From NCBI GenBank assembly GCA_977017645.1, contig OZ360223.1:170996001-171060000 (forward strand): 64,000 nt of DNA. The letters run 5' to 3'. Source of the stretch: Torpedo marmorata. Its lineage: Eukaryota. The notes below the pieces were generated by a model. It was not told the DNA's origin and made no database searches. It saw only the letters and a list, made by a program, of their open reading frames with translations. A program made the translations under genes and the position numbers. Numbering within the stretch: position 1 is the first letter of the stretch; each line of letters starts with the position of its first letter. This document shows, one piece after another, positions 10,845 through 24,903 of this stretch.

Positions 10845-13770
10845 GATGTTATTAGTTATAAACCTCAAACAATAAATGATTCTTTAAAAATTTTTTATTC
10901 TGATTTATATAAATCAGAATCTTTACAAGACGATAGTAGAATTGATGATCACCTATCGCAAATAAATTTACCAAGATTAAATACACAAGAGCGATTAGAA
11001 CTAAGTACACAGTTTACGCAGAGGGAAGTAAAGGATGCAATTAGCTCATTACAAAGTAATAAAGCGCCGGGAGGGGATGGTTTTCCACCAGAGTTTTCTA
11101 AAGAATTTAAGGAATTATTAATTCCTATTTTTATGGATATGTTACAGCAAGCTTCAGTGACCAACACACTTCCGGAATCTTTTTCCACTGCAATAATTAC
11201 AGTAATACCAAAAAAAGATAGAGACCCATTGAAACCCTCATCATATAGACCAATTTCATTATTGAACGCAGATTATAAGATTGTGGCAAAAATTTTGGCA
11301 AATAGGATAACAAAATTTTTGCCAAAATTAGTAAATATGGATCAAACAGGTTTTATAAAAAAAAGACAAGCAGCTGATAATGTGGCAAGGTTACTTAGTA
11401 TTATGCATTTAGCCCAAAAAAGGAAAATACCAAGTATAGCAGTGGCATTAGATGCAGAGAAAGCTTTTGACAGGTTGGAATGGGACTTTTTATTTAAAGT
11501 TTTGGAGAAATTTGGATTTGGGAAGACTTATATAGATTGGATTAAAGCATTATATAATGCTCCAAAAGCTAAAGTAGTGACCAATGGACAAATATCAACT
11601 TCGTTTTGTTTAACAAGATCTAGTCGGCAAGGGTGCCCATTGTCACCAGCTTTATTTGTATTAGCTATAGAACCGTTAGCTGAGGCTATTAGAAGTGATT
11701 TGGCAATTAAGGGATTTACAGTTGGTCAAGAGCAACATAAAATTAGTTTATTTGCGGATGATGTTTTAATATACTTGACAGAGCCTGAGACTTCTTTGCA
11801 AAGACTACATTTCAAGCTGGAGGAATATGGAAAAGTCTCTGGTTATAAGATAAATTGGGATAAAAGTGAAGTTATGCCTCTTACAGAGGGAGACTATACT
11901 GTATGTAAAAGAACTACTCAGTTTAAATGGCCACATAATGGAATAAAATATCTTGGGGTTCGGACAGATAATAAATTAAAAAATTTATATAAATGGAACT
12001 ATGTACCTTTACTTAACAAAATTAAGGAGGATTTAGAAAAGTGGATTAATTTACCAATTACACTGATAGGAAGAGTTAACTGTATCAAAATGAATATATT
12101 TCCAAGGATACAGTATTTGTATCAGACTATACCTATTTTATTACCACAGGTTTTCTTTCAGGATTTAAATAAACAAGTGCGAAAATTTTTATGGAAAGGT
12201 AAAATGTCAAGAGTTTCAATGGAACGTTTAACATGGAAATATGAATTGGGGGGTTTGCAACTCCCTAATTTTAAGAATTATTATCGAGTGGCACAAATGC
12301 GATTTGTTGCTTCTTTTTTTGAAACTGAAGAAAGACCTGCGTGGGTTGGAATAGAACTAGGAGAAATAGGAGAAAAGATACCACAAGAATTTATATACAA
12401 ATTGAATTCAAAACTGCTGATAGGGGTTAAAGAAACGCCGTTATTAAAACATTTGATTAATGCTTGGAATAAAGTTAGGGTTGAAAGGAAGTATATCACC
12501 CAAAATGCCTTTGATACAGAATAATCTTATACCATTTACAAAAGATAATCAATTTTTAAATACTTGGTCATTAAAAGGAATAAAGAAGATAGAAGATTGT
12601 TATGAAGGAAATCAAATGATGTCATTTATACAATTACAGAATAAATATGGAATACCTAATAATACTCTTTTTTGTTATTTTCAATTAAGAGGTTATTTAA
12701 GAGAAAAATTAGGTCCAGACTTCTTGTTACATGATTGTAGTGAGGTAGAAACTCTCATTAGGAAAGGAAATACTAAGAAATTTACTTCTATAGTGTATTC
12801 TTTGCTACAAAGGGGAGCTTTAAAACGAGGACTTCATAAATCTAGACAAAGATGGGAACAAGATCTCAATGTTATAATTGATGAAAAAAGGTGGTCGGAT
12901 CTATGTTTAGATAGTATGACTAATACTGTTAATGTAAGATATAGATTGGTACAATTAACTTTTTACATCAACTATATCTTACACCACAAAAATTGAACAA
13001 GATAAACTCTACGATATCAAATAGATGCTTTAGATGTGGTGAAGAAGAGGGAACCTTTTTACACTCAACGTGGTCATGTTCAAAAGTTAAAGGTTTTTGG
13101 ATAGAGTTAGGAAATCGGTTAAAACAAATTACAGGTGTTACATTTCCACAGAATCCTGACTTATTTTTATTGGGAAACGTGGAAGGAACTAGACCAAAAT
13201 TGAAGTTATCTACATGGCAATTGAAATTTGTAAAAATTGCATTAGCAGTAGCAAGGAAATGTATAGCAGTAACTTGGAAATCGGATACAGATTTAAGTAT
13301 GGATAGATGGAATTCAGAGATGCGGAGTTGTATTCCATTGGAAAGAATAACATATAATATGAGGAATAAATATGGGGTATTTTTGCAAATTTGGCGTCCA
13401 TTTATCCAATTATTAGGAATGAATATTTAAATGTGTTGCCCTACATCCTAGACCCTACTGACTCTCTTAAATTTAAATTTAAAGAACGAACATTATTGAA
13501 TATCTTGCATCGAGCCGTGGACCCGTACAGATATTTTTCTTCCTCTATCTTTCTTTTCTTATTTTTAGTAAGGGAAGGGAATAAGGGACGGGAAGGGTGG
13601 AGGGTGGGTTGTCTTAGTGAGGGTGGGTTTAGAGGGGGTTAGAATCACGGTAATACAAATTTGTATGTATTGAATTTATTAATGTTTATTATGTATCTTG
13701 CACTATTCTGTATTATTGTGAAAAATTTGAAAATTTAAAATAAAATATTTTAAAAAAATTGTGTGAAAGG

Positions 13771-13880
13771 GAACTGGCAAAAAGGAGTCAAGGCCAGCAG
13801 AGATCAACCATGATCATGTTGAATGGTGGTGCTGACGTGAAAGGCCCAGTGGCCTACTCCTACTCCTATTGTGTTGTTAT
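13771..13880 (+). mobile_element. Old CR1 3'-end remnant (other part ~1860-1926)
   Basis: GATCAACCATGATCATGTTGAATGGTGG...GGCCTACTCCTACTCCTATT resembles CR1 3' tails; continuous once the SINE and L1-A are removed. Confidence 0.55.
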
Positions 13881-15013
13881 GAGCCAAAATAAATTTAAAA
13901 TACATTTTCCCCATTCATGGTTATAGTAGGCTATGCAGCAAAATAACCATCTCTTCTCAAAGTTTATTTGAGGAAGAAAGTGGGAATTTAAATTTCAACT
14001 TTTTAAAAAGGCAAATCATGGTTAAGTGGGATGACACTAGGTGATGGTCAGGTTTGTGAATGTGATCACAGAATGGACATAGTGACTTGTTTTTATTACC
14101 AAAATAAATTAAAAATAGGCTCCTGGGAAAGTATAATAGGAAAATGTATAGATAAATAAATAAAATGTACTGACAAAAGAACAGTTAAGTGATACAATTA
14201 GTTATTTCCTCCTTATTTTAGGTGGTAGGGAGAGAAAGCGGGAAGTGTTGGTAAAGGATCCGTTTTCCACATCTCATTTCGTGAGCACAACTGGATTTTA
14301 GTTTGTTAAATACCATTGCTCTGTCACTTGATACTGGCTGTATGGGGTTGACTTTACATCTCCCAGCTGTTGTTGATCTTCAGCATTTGAAAATAAGAGT
14401 TCAGCAATTCCATCTTCCAACAGACTCTCCTATGCGTTTTGTCTTTCAACTGACATCTATAGGTTATGTTTGACTGTAGATTTTAATTCGCATTTGAAAA
14501 TAGCAAATGAACTCTAGACAACTGAGCTTGCATGTTTTAAAATAAAAATTTGTTTCCTACTTACTGCTTTTTCTTGTTGCGAGGAGGCTGTGACTGCTAG
14601 TGAATTCTCAGCTAAAATAGAGCTGAAATCCAGAATCTAGGTCCTCCGATTGCCCTCATCCTGAAATCTTCTTGGTGCTCATCTGAATTATATCACAAGG
14701 GTCAATTTTTTCTTGATGCAACGAGCTGGTAGGGTATTAGGCCTGGGGGTGGGGGTGGGGGTGGTGGTGGAGGGAGTGTATAGCAGTTCCACTTTGAAAG
14801 TTTCTAAATATTAAGAGACGATCAGCAACGTTCAAAGTTCTGACAGCTGGCTGCGCCAGGGGATGAGATTTCTCCAGCTGTCAATTCTCTCAGTGGGCAG
14901 GATTTATACTGAATCTACCTGAGTAGTAAAGCTAAGCTGAATATTTAGTGTGAGATATCCCAGCAATTTTTCATCTTTTTTTTTAAACTATCCTACTTTT
15001 TTTAACCCAACAG

Positions 15014-15140
15014 TTCTTGCTGACAACTTCAAATCAAATCCTGGTATAAAGTGGCAATATTTCAGTTCAGAAGAAGGGATTTTCACCATTTTCCCAGCAC
15101 ATAAGTTCCGCTGCAAGGGTAGTTATGAACATCGGAGCAG
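15014..15140 (+). CDS. CACHD1: CACHD1 exon B
   Basis: cag|..AG|gtaag; VLADNFKSNPGIKWQYFSSEEGIFTIFPAHKFRCKGSYEHRSR. Confidence 0.95.
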
Positions 15141-15516
15141 GTAAGAATTTGGAGTTTCGTTTGCAAAGGCTTTGAGTTTTCTCTTTAATCGTTTGTTATC
15201 TGAGATTTCTCACTTAGTTTTAATGATAAAGCTAAATATTATTGTTACAAAATATGTTTATAGTTTAAGTAGATGAGTGCATGGAGGAATGTATTGAGAA
15301 AAGTAGGCAGAAATGGTTAGTTTTGAGACTGGCATACGGGACCTCCAGTTGAAGATGAAACTGCAACATCAAAAGATTTATCTTTTTCGTTAGATCACTG
15401 AAAAAATAGATAATAATGAGTATGGTCTTTAACTAGTTGTTTGTAACATTCAGTGCAACTTCTTTTTGCTCAGTTTAAATAATTCCTGCGATGTTCTTTT
15501 AACTTTAAAAAAAAAA

Positions 15517-18500
15517 ATGGCGCCGGCGACCCACGGCGATTTTCTGCGGCATGCAGAACCTTTGTTAAATACTCCTTGAAAATACTCACCTTCCCAGCTG
15601 CTTTCGTTACAATCAACTGCATGTAGTTTTTTCATGACTGACCAGCTGCTGAACACAGCTGATGATCGACAAATCTCCCGGGTAACCGCTAAGTCAGGAA
15701 CAGGCCGGCTGGTAGGCCGAGGCCTTAAATGCCAGGCCACCACCAAGGTCGAGGTCGGAAACGTGGAGTGAGGACCGGGATCCAAACAAGACTGAAGCAC
15801 AGGGGTCTGAGACCTCCCCTACCGTCCATATTACTGGCGAATGTCCAGTCACTGGAGAATAAAATTAACGACCTGAGGGCAAGGCTGCTTTATCAGAGAC
15901 GGGTAAGACAAATCTCAGTTGTTTGTTGCACCGAGACATGGCTAACAGACACCAGACACCACTATCCGACCAGATGGTTTCACTATTCATAGACTGGATC
16001 GGAACTCGGATTCTGGAAAAGGGAGAGGGGGCGGTATGTGCTTTTACGTTAATACTGGGTAGTGCACGGACATTGGGTTATGTCGACCTCCTGCTCTACT
16101 GCCATAGAGAAAATCTCGATGAAATGCAGACCCTTCTATCTACCCCGAGAGTTCTCATCAATGATTCTCACCAGTTTATATCCCTCCCGATGCCGATTAC
16201 AAACAGACACTTGCGGAGCTGCATGATGTGGTCAGTAAATGAGATGGCCCAGCCCGATGCACTACAAATCTTAGTTGGCGACTTTAACCAGGCCTGTGTC
16301 AAGAAAACCCTGCCCAACTACCACCAGCATGTAACCTGCTGTACCAGAGGTCCCAGCACACACGATTATTGCTACACCAAGATAAGGAAGGCTGACCGTT
16401 CTTTCCCGAGACCGCATTTTGGCAAGTCGGATCACCTGGCTGTGCTCCTTCTGCCTTCATACAGACAGAGCCTAAAAAGAGAGGCTCCGTAGATCAGGAC
16501 AGCTAGAAGGTGGTCACAGGAGGCTGAAAAACGGTTACAGGACTTGCTCGAGTCAGCGGATTGGGCGGTGTTCAAGGATTCAGCTGAAGATCTGAACGAT
16601 TACACCAGGGCTGTCACAGACTTTATCAAAACAGCTGTGGATGAGTGTGTCCCCACCAAATTGTTCTGGGTTTCCCCAACCAGAAGCCCTGGATGAACAA
16701 TGAAATCCAGAACCTTCTGAGAGCCAGATCACAGGCATTTAAGTCCGGAGGTCCTGATCATTACAGAACGAGCAGGTATGACCTGCAAAAAGCTATCTCC
16801 CAGGTGAAGTGGAGATTCCAGATGAAAATGGAAACAACAAGGGACACCTGACAGCTGTGGCAGGGCCTAAATGCCATAACCTGCTACAAAACCAAATTCA
16901 GTGAAGTAGCAGACGGCAAAGCTTCGCTCCCAGAGCAACTCAATGCCTTCTACGCCCGATTTGACAAAATTAACAGTGAAGAACCACCCCTCCGCACCCC
17001 TACGTCCCCTGATGATCCCATCCTCTCCGTATCTGAGGATAACGTGCGTGCTGTCTTCAGGAGAGTGAATCCAAGGAAAGCATCTGGCCCAGACGGAGTA
17101 CCTGGCCGAGTATTAAAAATCTGTGCTGACCAACTTACCAATGTATTCACGGATATCTTCAATATCTCACTCCAGCAGGGTGTGGTACCCACCTGCTTCA
17201 AAAGGGCATCAATCATCCCGGTACCCAAGAAGAGTAGTGTGAGCTGCCTCAACGACTACCACCCAGTAGCACTAACTTCTACTGTGATGAAATGCTTTGA
17301 GAGGCTGGTCATGGCCAGAATTAACACATACCTAAGCAAAGATCTGGACCCACTGCAATTCGCCTATCGCCACAATCGCTCCACAGCAGATGCAATATCG
17401 CTGGCTCTCCACTCAGCTCTGGACCACCTCGAAAACAGCAATTCCTACATACGGTTGCTCTTCATCGACTACAGCTCGGCCTTCAACACCATTATTCCCT
17501 CAGTGCTGGTCAAGAAGCTACAAACTCTAGGCCTCTGTACCCCCCTCTGCAATTGGATCCTTGACTTTCTCATCGGAAGACCACAGTCAGTACGAATTGG
17601 AAACAACGTCTCCTCCTCACTGATTATCAACACAGGCGCACCCCAAGGATGCGTGCTTAGTCCACTGCTCTACTCGTTATACACTCACGACTGTGTGGCC
17701 AGGCTCAATTCCAGTGCCATATACAAGTTTGCCGATGACACCACAGTTGCCGGCAGAATCATAAACGGCAATGAGGAAGCGTACAGGAGGGAGATAGATC
17801 AGCTCGTTGAATGATGTAATGGCAACAACCTTGAGCTCAACGTCAGCAAAACCAAGGAGATGATTGTGGACTTCAGGAGGAAGTCAGGGGAACACGACCC
17901 AGTCCTCATCGAGGGCTCAGTCATGGAGAGGGTCAAGAACTTCAAATTCCTGGGTGTCAACATCTCCGAGGATCTGTCCTGGAGCATCCACGTGGATGCA
18001 ATCACAAAGAAGGCTCGTCAGCGGCTATACTTTGTGAGGTGTTTGCGGAGATTCGGTATGTCACCAAAGACTCTCGTAAACTTCTACAGGTGTACCGTGG
18101 AGAGCATTCTGGCTGGTTGCATCACTGCCTGGTATGGAGGCGCCAACTCCCAGGACAAGAGTAAACTCCAGAAGGTTGTTAACTCGGCCTGTGACATCAC
18201 AGGCACCAAACTTCACTCCATCGAGGACATCTACATGAGGCGGTGTCTTAAAAAAGCAGCCTCTATCCTCAAGGACCCCCACCACCCAGGCCATGCCCTC
18301 TTCACTCTGCTTCCATCGGGAAAAAGTACAGGAGCCTAAAGACGAGCACTCAACGGCACAAGGACAGCTTCTTCCCGGCTGCCATCAAATTCCTGAATAA
18401 TCAATGAACCAAAGACACTGCCTTACTTTTCGTGCACTATTGTTTATAATTTTTTATAGTAATGTCGTTAGATGGTTAATATGAATGTTAATTGCACTAT

Positions 18501-18570
18501 GATGCTGCCGCAAAACACCGAATTTCATGACTTGTTCATGACAATAAATTCTGATTCTGATTCTGATTCT
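15517..18570 (+). mobile_element. Rex1/Babar LINE, near full length, decayed
   Basis: APE endonuclease (PSILLANVQSLENK, TETWL, VGDFN, SDH), RT ([19 protein letters not shown]), AATAAA plus (TTCTGA)n tail. Confidence 0.88.
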
Positions 18571-19887
18571 AAATGACTGTCGACCAGTAGCACTTACATC
18601 AACAATGATGAAGTGTTTTGAAAGGCTGGTGTTGAAGCAGATCAGCTCCTGCCTGAGCAGTGACATGGATACGTTCCAGTTTGTCTATCGTAGCAACAGG
18701 TCTACGGCGGATGCCATCTCACTGGCTCTACACAAAGCCCTGGAACACCTGGACAGTAAAGATTCATTAATCAGGATGCTCTTTATCGAATACAGTTCGG
18801 CATTTAACAACATCATCCCCTTAAAAATGATCAGCAAACTCCAAGACCTGGGCCTCAACACCCCACTGTGTAATTGGATCCTGGATTTCCTCACCTCCAG
18901 ACCACAAATAGTGAGGATTGGTAAGAACATCTCCTCCACAATCTCCATCAGTACCAGAGCACCACAGGGCTGTGTTCTTAGCCCCCTGCTCTACTCACCT
19001 TACACCTACGACTGTGTGGCTCGGTATGACAATAACACCATCTACAAAGTTGCTGCCGATACCACAGTAGTGGGTTGTATAAAGAAAGGTGATGAGTCAG
19101 CATACAGGATGGAGATTGAAAACTTGGCTGAATGGTGCACCAACAACAACCTTGCACTCAATGTCAGCAAAACTAAGGAGCTGATTGTTGACTTAAGGAA
19201 AGGAAAGCCAGAGGTATACAATCCAGTGATCATTGGGGAATCAGAGGTGGAGAGGGTGAGCAAATTTTAAGTTCTTGGGAGTCACTATCTCAGAGGATCT
19301 TTCCTGGACCCAACACACTAATGGCATTGTGGCGAAAGCACATCAGTGCCTTTACTTCCTCAGGAGTTTGCGGAGGTTTGATATGACACCAGAAACCCTC
19401 ACAAATTTCTACAGATGTGTGGTGGAAAGTGTGCTGACCAGCTGCATATAGGTCTGGTATGGGGATACCAATACCCCTGAGCGTAAAGCCCTCCAAAAGG
19501 TATTGGACACAGCCCAGGACATCACAGGCAAAACCCTCCCCACTATCGAGAACATCTACAGGGAGCGCTGCTGACATCAGGAAAGAGGTATAGACTTGCA
19601 CCACCAGGTTCAGGAACAGCTGCTACCCCTCCACCATCAGACTCCTCAAACAGGGACTCATTTAAGGACTGATTTTTTAAAAACTTTTCTCTGTATTGCG
19701 CAGTCTATTTGTTTACATTCGTTACCGGTTTACCGTTCCTTATTTGTTTACATGTGTACGCTGTGTACAGTTGTTTTTGCACTACCAATAAGTGTTAATT
19801 CTGTCTCGCCCGTAGAAAAAAGAATCTCAGGGTTGTATGTGATGTCATGTATGTACTCTGATAATAAATCTGAAATCTAAATCTGAA
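18571..19887 (+). mobile_element. Second Rex1/Babar LINE, 5'-truncated
   Basis: [10 protein letters not shown]...[11 protein letters not shown]; AATAAA plus (TCTGAAA)-like tail. Confidence 0.85.
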
Positions 19888-20116
19888 AAAAAATCTAACT
19901 TCCTGATCAACCAGTGTTATTTTCCTTAAATTTGAATAATTTCAGATTAAGAAAAAATAAACCTGTGCATGTGCACAGGTCGTACCTTCAAAGAGGAGGA
20001 ACATGTGTGAGGGAACAATGATTAGATATAGATAAAATATGGTAGAATCATTTTATTGGTTCTTTATTGTCTATCATTCTTCACTTACAAATATTTTTGG
20101 GATTCTATTGGTACAG

Positions 20117-20261
20117 GGCTGTTTATGTCTCGACGGTGAGGCCACAATCAAAGCACATTGTGGTAATGGTGGATCATGGGGCTTCGGCCACAGATACACA
20201 GCTTCAAATAGCCAAAGATGCTGCACAAGTAATATTAACCTCTATCGATGAGCACGACAAG
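20117..20261 (+). CDS. CACHD1: CACHD1 exon C (VWA start, DHGAS motif)
   Basis: cag|..AAG|gtgag; AVYVSTVRPQSKHIVVMVDHGASATDTQLQIAKDAAQVILTSIDEHDK. Confidence 0.95.
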
Positions 20262-20537
20262 GTGAGTTCCTCTGATCCTCACCTGTATGCTTCATGTAGA
20301 TAATATCCCACAGCATATTGTTGTACAAAAAAAAACACACAACTGATCTCTGGAAATCAACTGATTCAGGTCTTTGAAGCACAGAGGATGAATAAAGTTG
20401 GTACAAATTAGTTACTTTATTTGGACTGTAGGAATTTTGATTCTGCTCAGTGATCATTCAAACATTGCGGTAATGCAGAATCTCCTCTGTATCCATTCTA
20501 TCATGTATTTGCGAAGGAAGCACACATTTGTTAAATT

Positions 20538-20662
20538 TTGACGAAGGATTACGGACCAAAAATGTTGATTGCTTATTTTTTCATAGATTCTGCCTCACCT
20601 GCTAGATTTTCTCCAGCCTTTTCTGTTTTTGTTATTATCAGATTTCCAGCATCTGCAGTTTC
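20538..20662 (+). mobile_element. Degraded Penelope-like 3' remnant
   Basis: TTGACGAAGG..CCAAAATGTTG..CCTGCT..TTCTCCAGC resembles the copy at 41.5 kb. Confidence 0.45.
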
Positions 20663-21060
20663 TCATCATTTTTCACAAATTTATTCTATGTTTCTAATTT
20701 TACACTCCATAGCTCACTCACTTACACAGCTGCCCACCCACTTAGACACTTGCCCAAAACAGCATGCATATCCGATGACAAGCACCACGTTCTCAGTAAA
20801 GATTTGATATAATCCTTAAAAACCAATCATAAATAAAGTGGTAAATGATATGGGTAAGTACAAAGAGAATGATGTATCATTGAAAGCAGTGTTGGTTTAT
20901 ATCTGTATATTCCTTGTATTTAGTGACCCATCAGTTACGAAGGATGACCTATTGGGATTGAGAAACCAGGCTAATTAAGTAGTAATTTTCAGAGGTGGGA
21001 GGAAGATGATGAGAAAATTGAAGGGTACAAAAATAAGTACAAGTAGGAATCCAAATTCTT

Positions 21061-24000
21061 TTTTAAAATTTTTTTTATTATTTTATTTAAACTTTTAAAT
21101 CACAAAATACATGAGATAAAATATAAAATTATCAAAATACATGTGATACATTTTCACCCCCCCACCCTCCCTCCCCTCCCCAACCCCCCCATCCCCACTA
21201 ATCTAATAAAAAATTAAAATTAAAGTAAAATAGAAAAAAGAAAGAAAAGAATAGAAAGAAAAGAATAGAATGAGGGGAATACCTTCTAAACTAATTCTAT
21301 TATGGAGGTCAAGTATGCCAGCAGATCTGATATCTAGAGATCTTCAAATCCTTAAACCCACAGCTCTCATATATGGGCTCCAAATTTTCAAGAAAAAATT
21401 ATATTTATTACGTAAATTATAAGTAATTTTTTCCAGTGGTATACACGAACGGAGTTCTGCATGCCATCTTTCTAATCCTAAATCTAAGTCAGATTTCCAA
21501 GTAATAGCAATGCATTTTTTTGAAACAGCTAAAGCAATTCGCAAAAATTCTACTTGAAACATATTTAATTTCTTTTTAATACTAAATTTTTTAATATCTC
21601 CAAATAAAAATAACATAGGATCCATTGGAAATGCAATATTAAATACTTTATCTAAAAATTTTTTAACTTTCAACCAAAAATCTTGAATTTTTGGACAAAA
21701 CCATGTATAATGAACAAAAGAACCTTCCTCTCTATTGCATCTAAAACATAAGCCTGATAATGTCGGATTAAATTTCTTTAATTTTTTAGGTGTTAAATAT
21801 AATTGATGAAAAAAATTATATTGTACTAATCTATATCTAACATTGATAATCTTCGTCATACTTAATTTACATAAATCTTTCCAATGATTTTCATCTATAT
21901 TTACATTTAAATCTAATTCCCATTTTAATCTTGATTTATGCAATCCTATTTTAGGCATTTTCCTCTGAAACAATTTATACATTTGAGAAATGAATTTATT
22001 AACATCTCCATTAGTAACTAATAATTCTAATTCATTTTGTCTCGGTAAAATCAAAGCATAACCTAACTTCTCAGTCAAAAAAGCTTAACTTGATAATAAG
22101 CTAAAAATGTATTATCTGGTATATTAAATTTATCTTTCATTCTTTGAAACGTAATAAATTTTCCAGCTTCAAAACAATCATTAATCTTCTTAATACCTTT
22201 TTGAAACCAAATTTTAAGTAACTGATTATTAACAGTAAATGATATAAGTCCATTTTGATTTCATGGCATATTTGAAGAAATTAATCCTCTTCCACCTATC
22301 TCTTTATCCATCTTACCCCATATTTCTAACAAATGTTTAATAATCGGTGAATATTTCTTTTTTAATGATATTAATTTAGAATCCCATTTATAAATAATTT
22401 CTTCTTTAAGATTTTCTCCTATATTATTTAATTCTATTTTAATCCAAGCAGAAGATTTAGTTGAATCAAAAAATTCATTGACAAATTTAAATTGAGCTGC
22501 TTTATAATAATTTTGAAAATTAGGAAGTTGCAATCCACCCATCTCATAATTCCAGGTTAACTTTTCCATACTTACTCTTGCTAACTTTCCTTTCCATAAA
22601 AATTTCCTAATAATAAAATTTAAATCTTTTTAAAAATTTTGAGGAATTCCAAAAGGAATTGATTGAAAAAGATACTGAACTCTTGGAAAAATATTCATTT
22701 TAATACAATTTACCCTTCCCATTAAAGTTATGGGTAAATCTTTCCAATTTTGTAAATCTTTCTTTATTTTCACAAATAATGGTAGATAATTTAATTTATA
22801 TAAATTTTCCAATTTTGTATCAGCTTAACCCCCAAATATTTAATTCCTTCTTTAGCCCATTTAAATTGTGTAATTTCTTTACATCTAGTATAATCGCCTT
22901 GAGATAAAGCCATTATTTCACTTTTATCAGAATTAATTTTATATCCAGATATTTCACCATATTCTCTTAATATAATAGATAGTTGTTGAAGTGATATAAT
23001 AGATTTTGTCATATATATCAATACATCATCTGCAAACAAACTAATCTTATGTTCTTCCATACCAACTTTAATACCCACTATCTTAGGATCTTTTCTAACT
23101 AATTCAGCCAAGGGTTCTATCGCCAAAACAAATAAAGCTGGTGACAGGGGACATCCCTGTCTCGTAGAACGTGTCAAAGAAAATTTTGGCGATATTTGTC
23201 CATTTGTAATTACTTTAGCTGATGGTTCTTTATATATAGTTTTAATCCAATTTATAAATGTATTTCCAAAACCAAATTTTTCTAATACCTTAAATAAAAA
23301 ATTCCATTCTTTTCAGCGTCTAATGTTACAACTAATGGTAAATCTTGTTTCTTTTTATGCAAACTAATTAAACTAATTAATCTAGCTATATTATCCTTTG
23401 AATATCTATTTTTAATAAAACCAGCTTGGTCTATTATGTATCAAATCTGGCAAATATTTAGCCATTCTGTTTGCTAAAATTTTTGCCAATATTTTATAAT
23501 CTACATTTAATAATGAAATAGGTCTATATGATTCATTTTTTAATACATCTCTATCCTTCTTTGGTATAACTGTAATTATAGCATTTAAGAATGTTTTCGG
23601 TAATGAATGAGTTTCCGTAATTTGATCTAATACTTCCATATATGGAGGTATTAATAAATCTTTAAATTCTTTATAAAATTCTGATGGAAACCCGTCATCA
23701 CCCGGAGATTTACCACTCTTCAGCGAAGAAAAAACTTCACTAACTTCCCTCATTGTGAAAGGCAAATCTAAAGAGTCTCTACTCCGAATATTCAATTTAG
23801 GTAATATGATTTTAGATAGGAATCTATTAATTTTAGAATCATCTTGGTCGACCTGCGATTTATATAAATTCTGATAATAATCTTTAAAAGATTCATTTAT
23901 CTCTTGAGGTTTATAAGTTATTTCTCCAGTATTTTTCTTCCTTATAGCATTTATAGTTTTAGAAACTTGTTCTTTTTTCAATTGCCATGCCAAAACCTTA

Positions 24001-24542
24001 TGTGCTCTTTCTCCTAATTCATAATATCTTTGTTTAGTTTTCTCAATTAATTTTTCCATTTTATATGTTTGTAACAAATTATAATGTAATTTCTTCCCTA
24101 TTAAACGATTTCTTTTTTGAATTGATCTATTTCTCTGTAAGTCCTTCTCCATAAGTTCAATTTCCTTCTCAAGTTTTTCTGATTCCTTAAGATAATCTTT
24201 CTTAATTTTAACTGAATAGCTTATTATTAGACCCCTTAAATAAGCTTTTAAAGCTTCCCACACTGTAAATTTATCATTAATAGAATTAACATTTATTCGT
24301 AAAATTCCTGAATTTCTCTTCTTATATATTCACAAAAATCTTTCCTTTTTAATAACGACGAATCAAATCTCCAATTATATATAGATTTTTCTTTTTCCGG
24401 AATTATACAAGACAATAACAAAGGTGAATGATCAGAGATTACTCTCGCTTTATAGGATGCTTGCGTTATTCTATCTTGAACCTGTGATGATAATAGAAAT
24501 AAATCTATCCTAGAGTATAAATCATGTCTAAAAGAATAAAAT
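21061..24542 (-). mobile_element. L1-C: 5'-truncated L1-clade LINE (same family as L1-B)
   Basis: ORF2 fragments from endonuclease end (ISDH) through RT to C-terminus; TSD GG(A/G)ATCCAAATTCTT at 21046-21060 and 24543-24557. Confidence 0.93.
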
Positions 24543-24686
24543 GGGATCCAAATTCTTCATGTTTTCTTCATGGTTTTAATATCTGGTTATTGTAGTGTGA
24601 CTGATAAAAGTAAAATGTTTTGTCATTAAAATAAATATAAAGTGAGAAATAATTTTTCAGGGATAATATATTTGTTTTGTGCATAG

Positions 24687-24903
24687 ATTTCTGTACTGGC
24701 TGTGGCAGATGCAGTCCGTACATGTTCTCTGGACCAATGCTACAAGACGTACTTGTCTCCAGCCACCAGTGAGACCAAAAGAAAAATGACCACATTCCTT
24801 AATGGCATAAAGTCGGTGGATGGTGCCACCCAACATGCACTGGGATTTCACAAAGCATTCCAGTTACTTCAGAGTACAAACAACAGCACAAGGACCCATT
24901 TGC
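24687..24903 (+). CDS. CACHD1: CACHD1 exon D (VWA)
   Basis: tag|..C|gtgag; ISVLAVADAVRTCSLDQCYKTYLSPATSETKRKM...STNNSTRTHL. Confidence 0.95.

Larger units (their letters stand above)
2216..13755 (+). mobile_element. L1-A: 5'-truncated L1-clade LINE, interrupted by L1-B and LTR element E1
   Basis: 15-bp TSD AAATTGTGTGAAAGG (2201-2215, 13756-13770). ORF2 pieces 2216-2290, 4962-5070 and 10845-13430 join (EKTIIRT|KQRYYELGER...ETD|VISYKP). RT motifs QGCPLSP and FADD, C-terminal CxxC..H..WSC, AATAAA plus A tail. Confidence 0.93.

Noticed and set aside
20172-20186. Non-canonical MIDAS (DHGAS)
   Set aside because: The DxGxS variant is a known CACHD1 feature.
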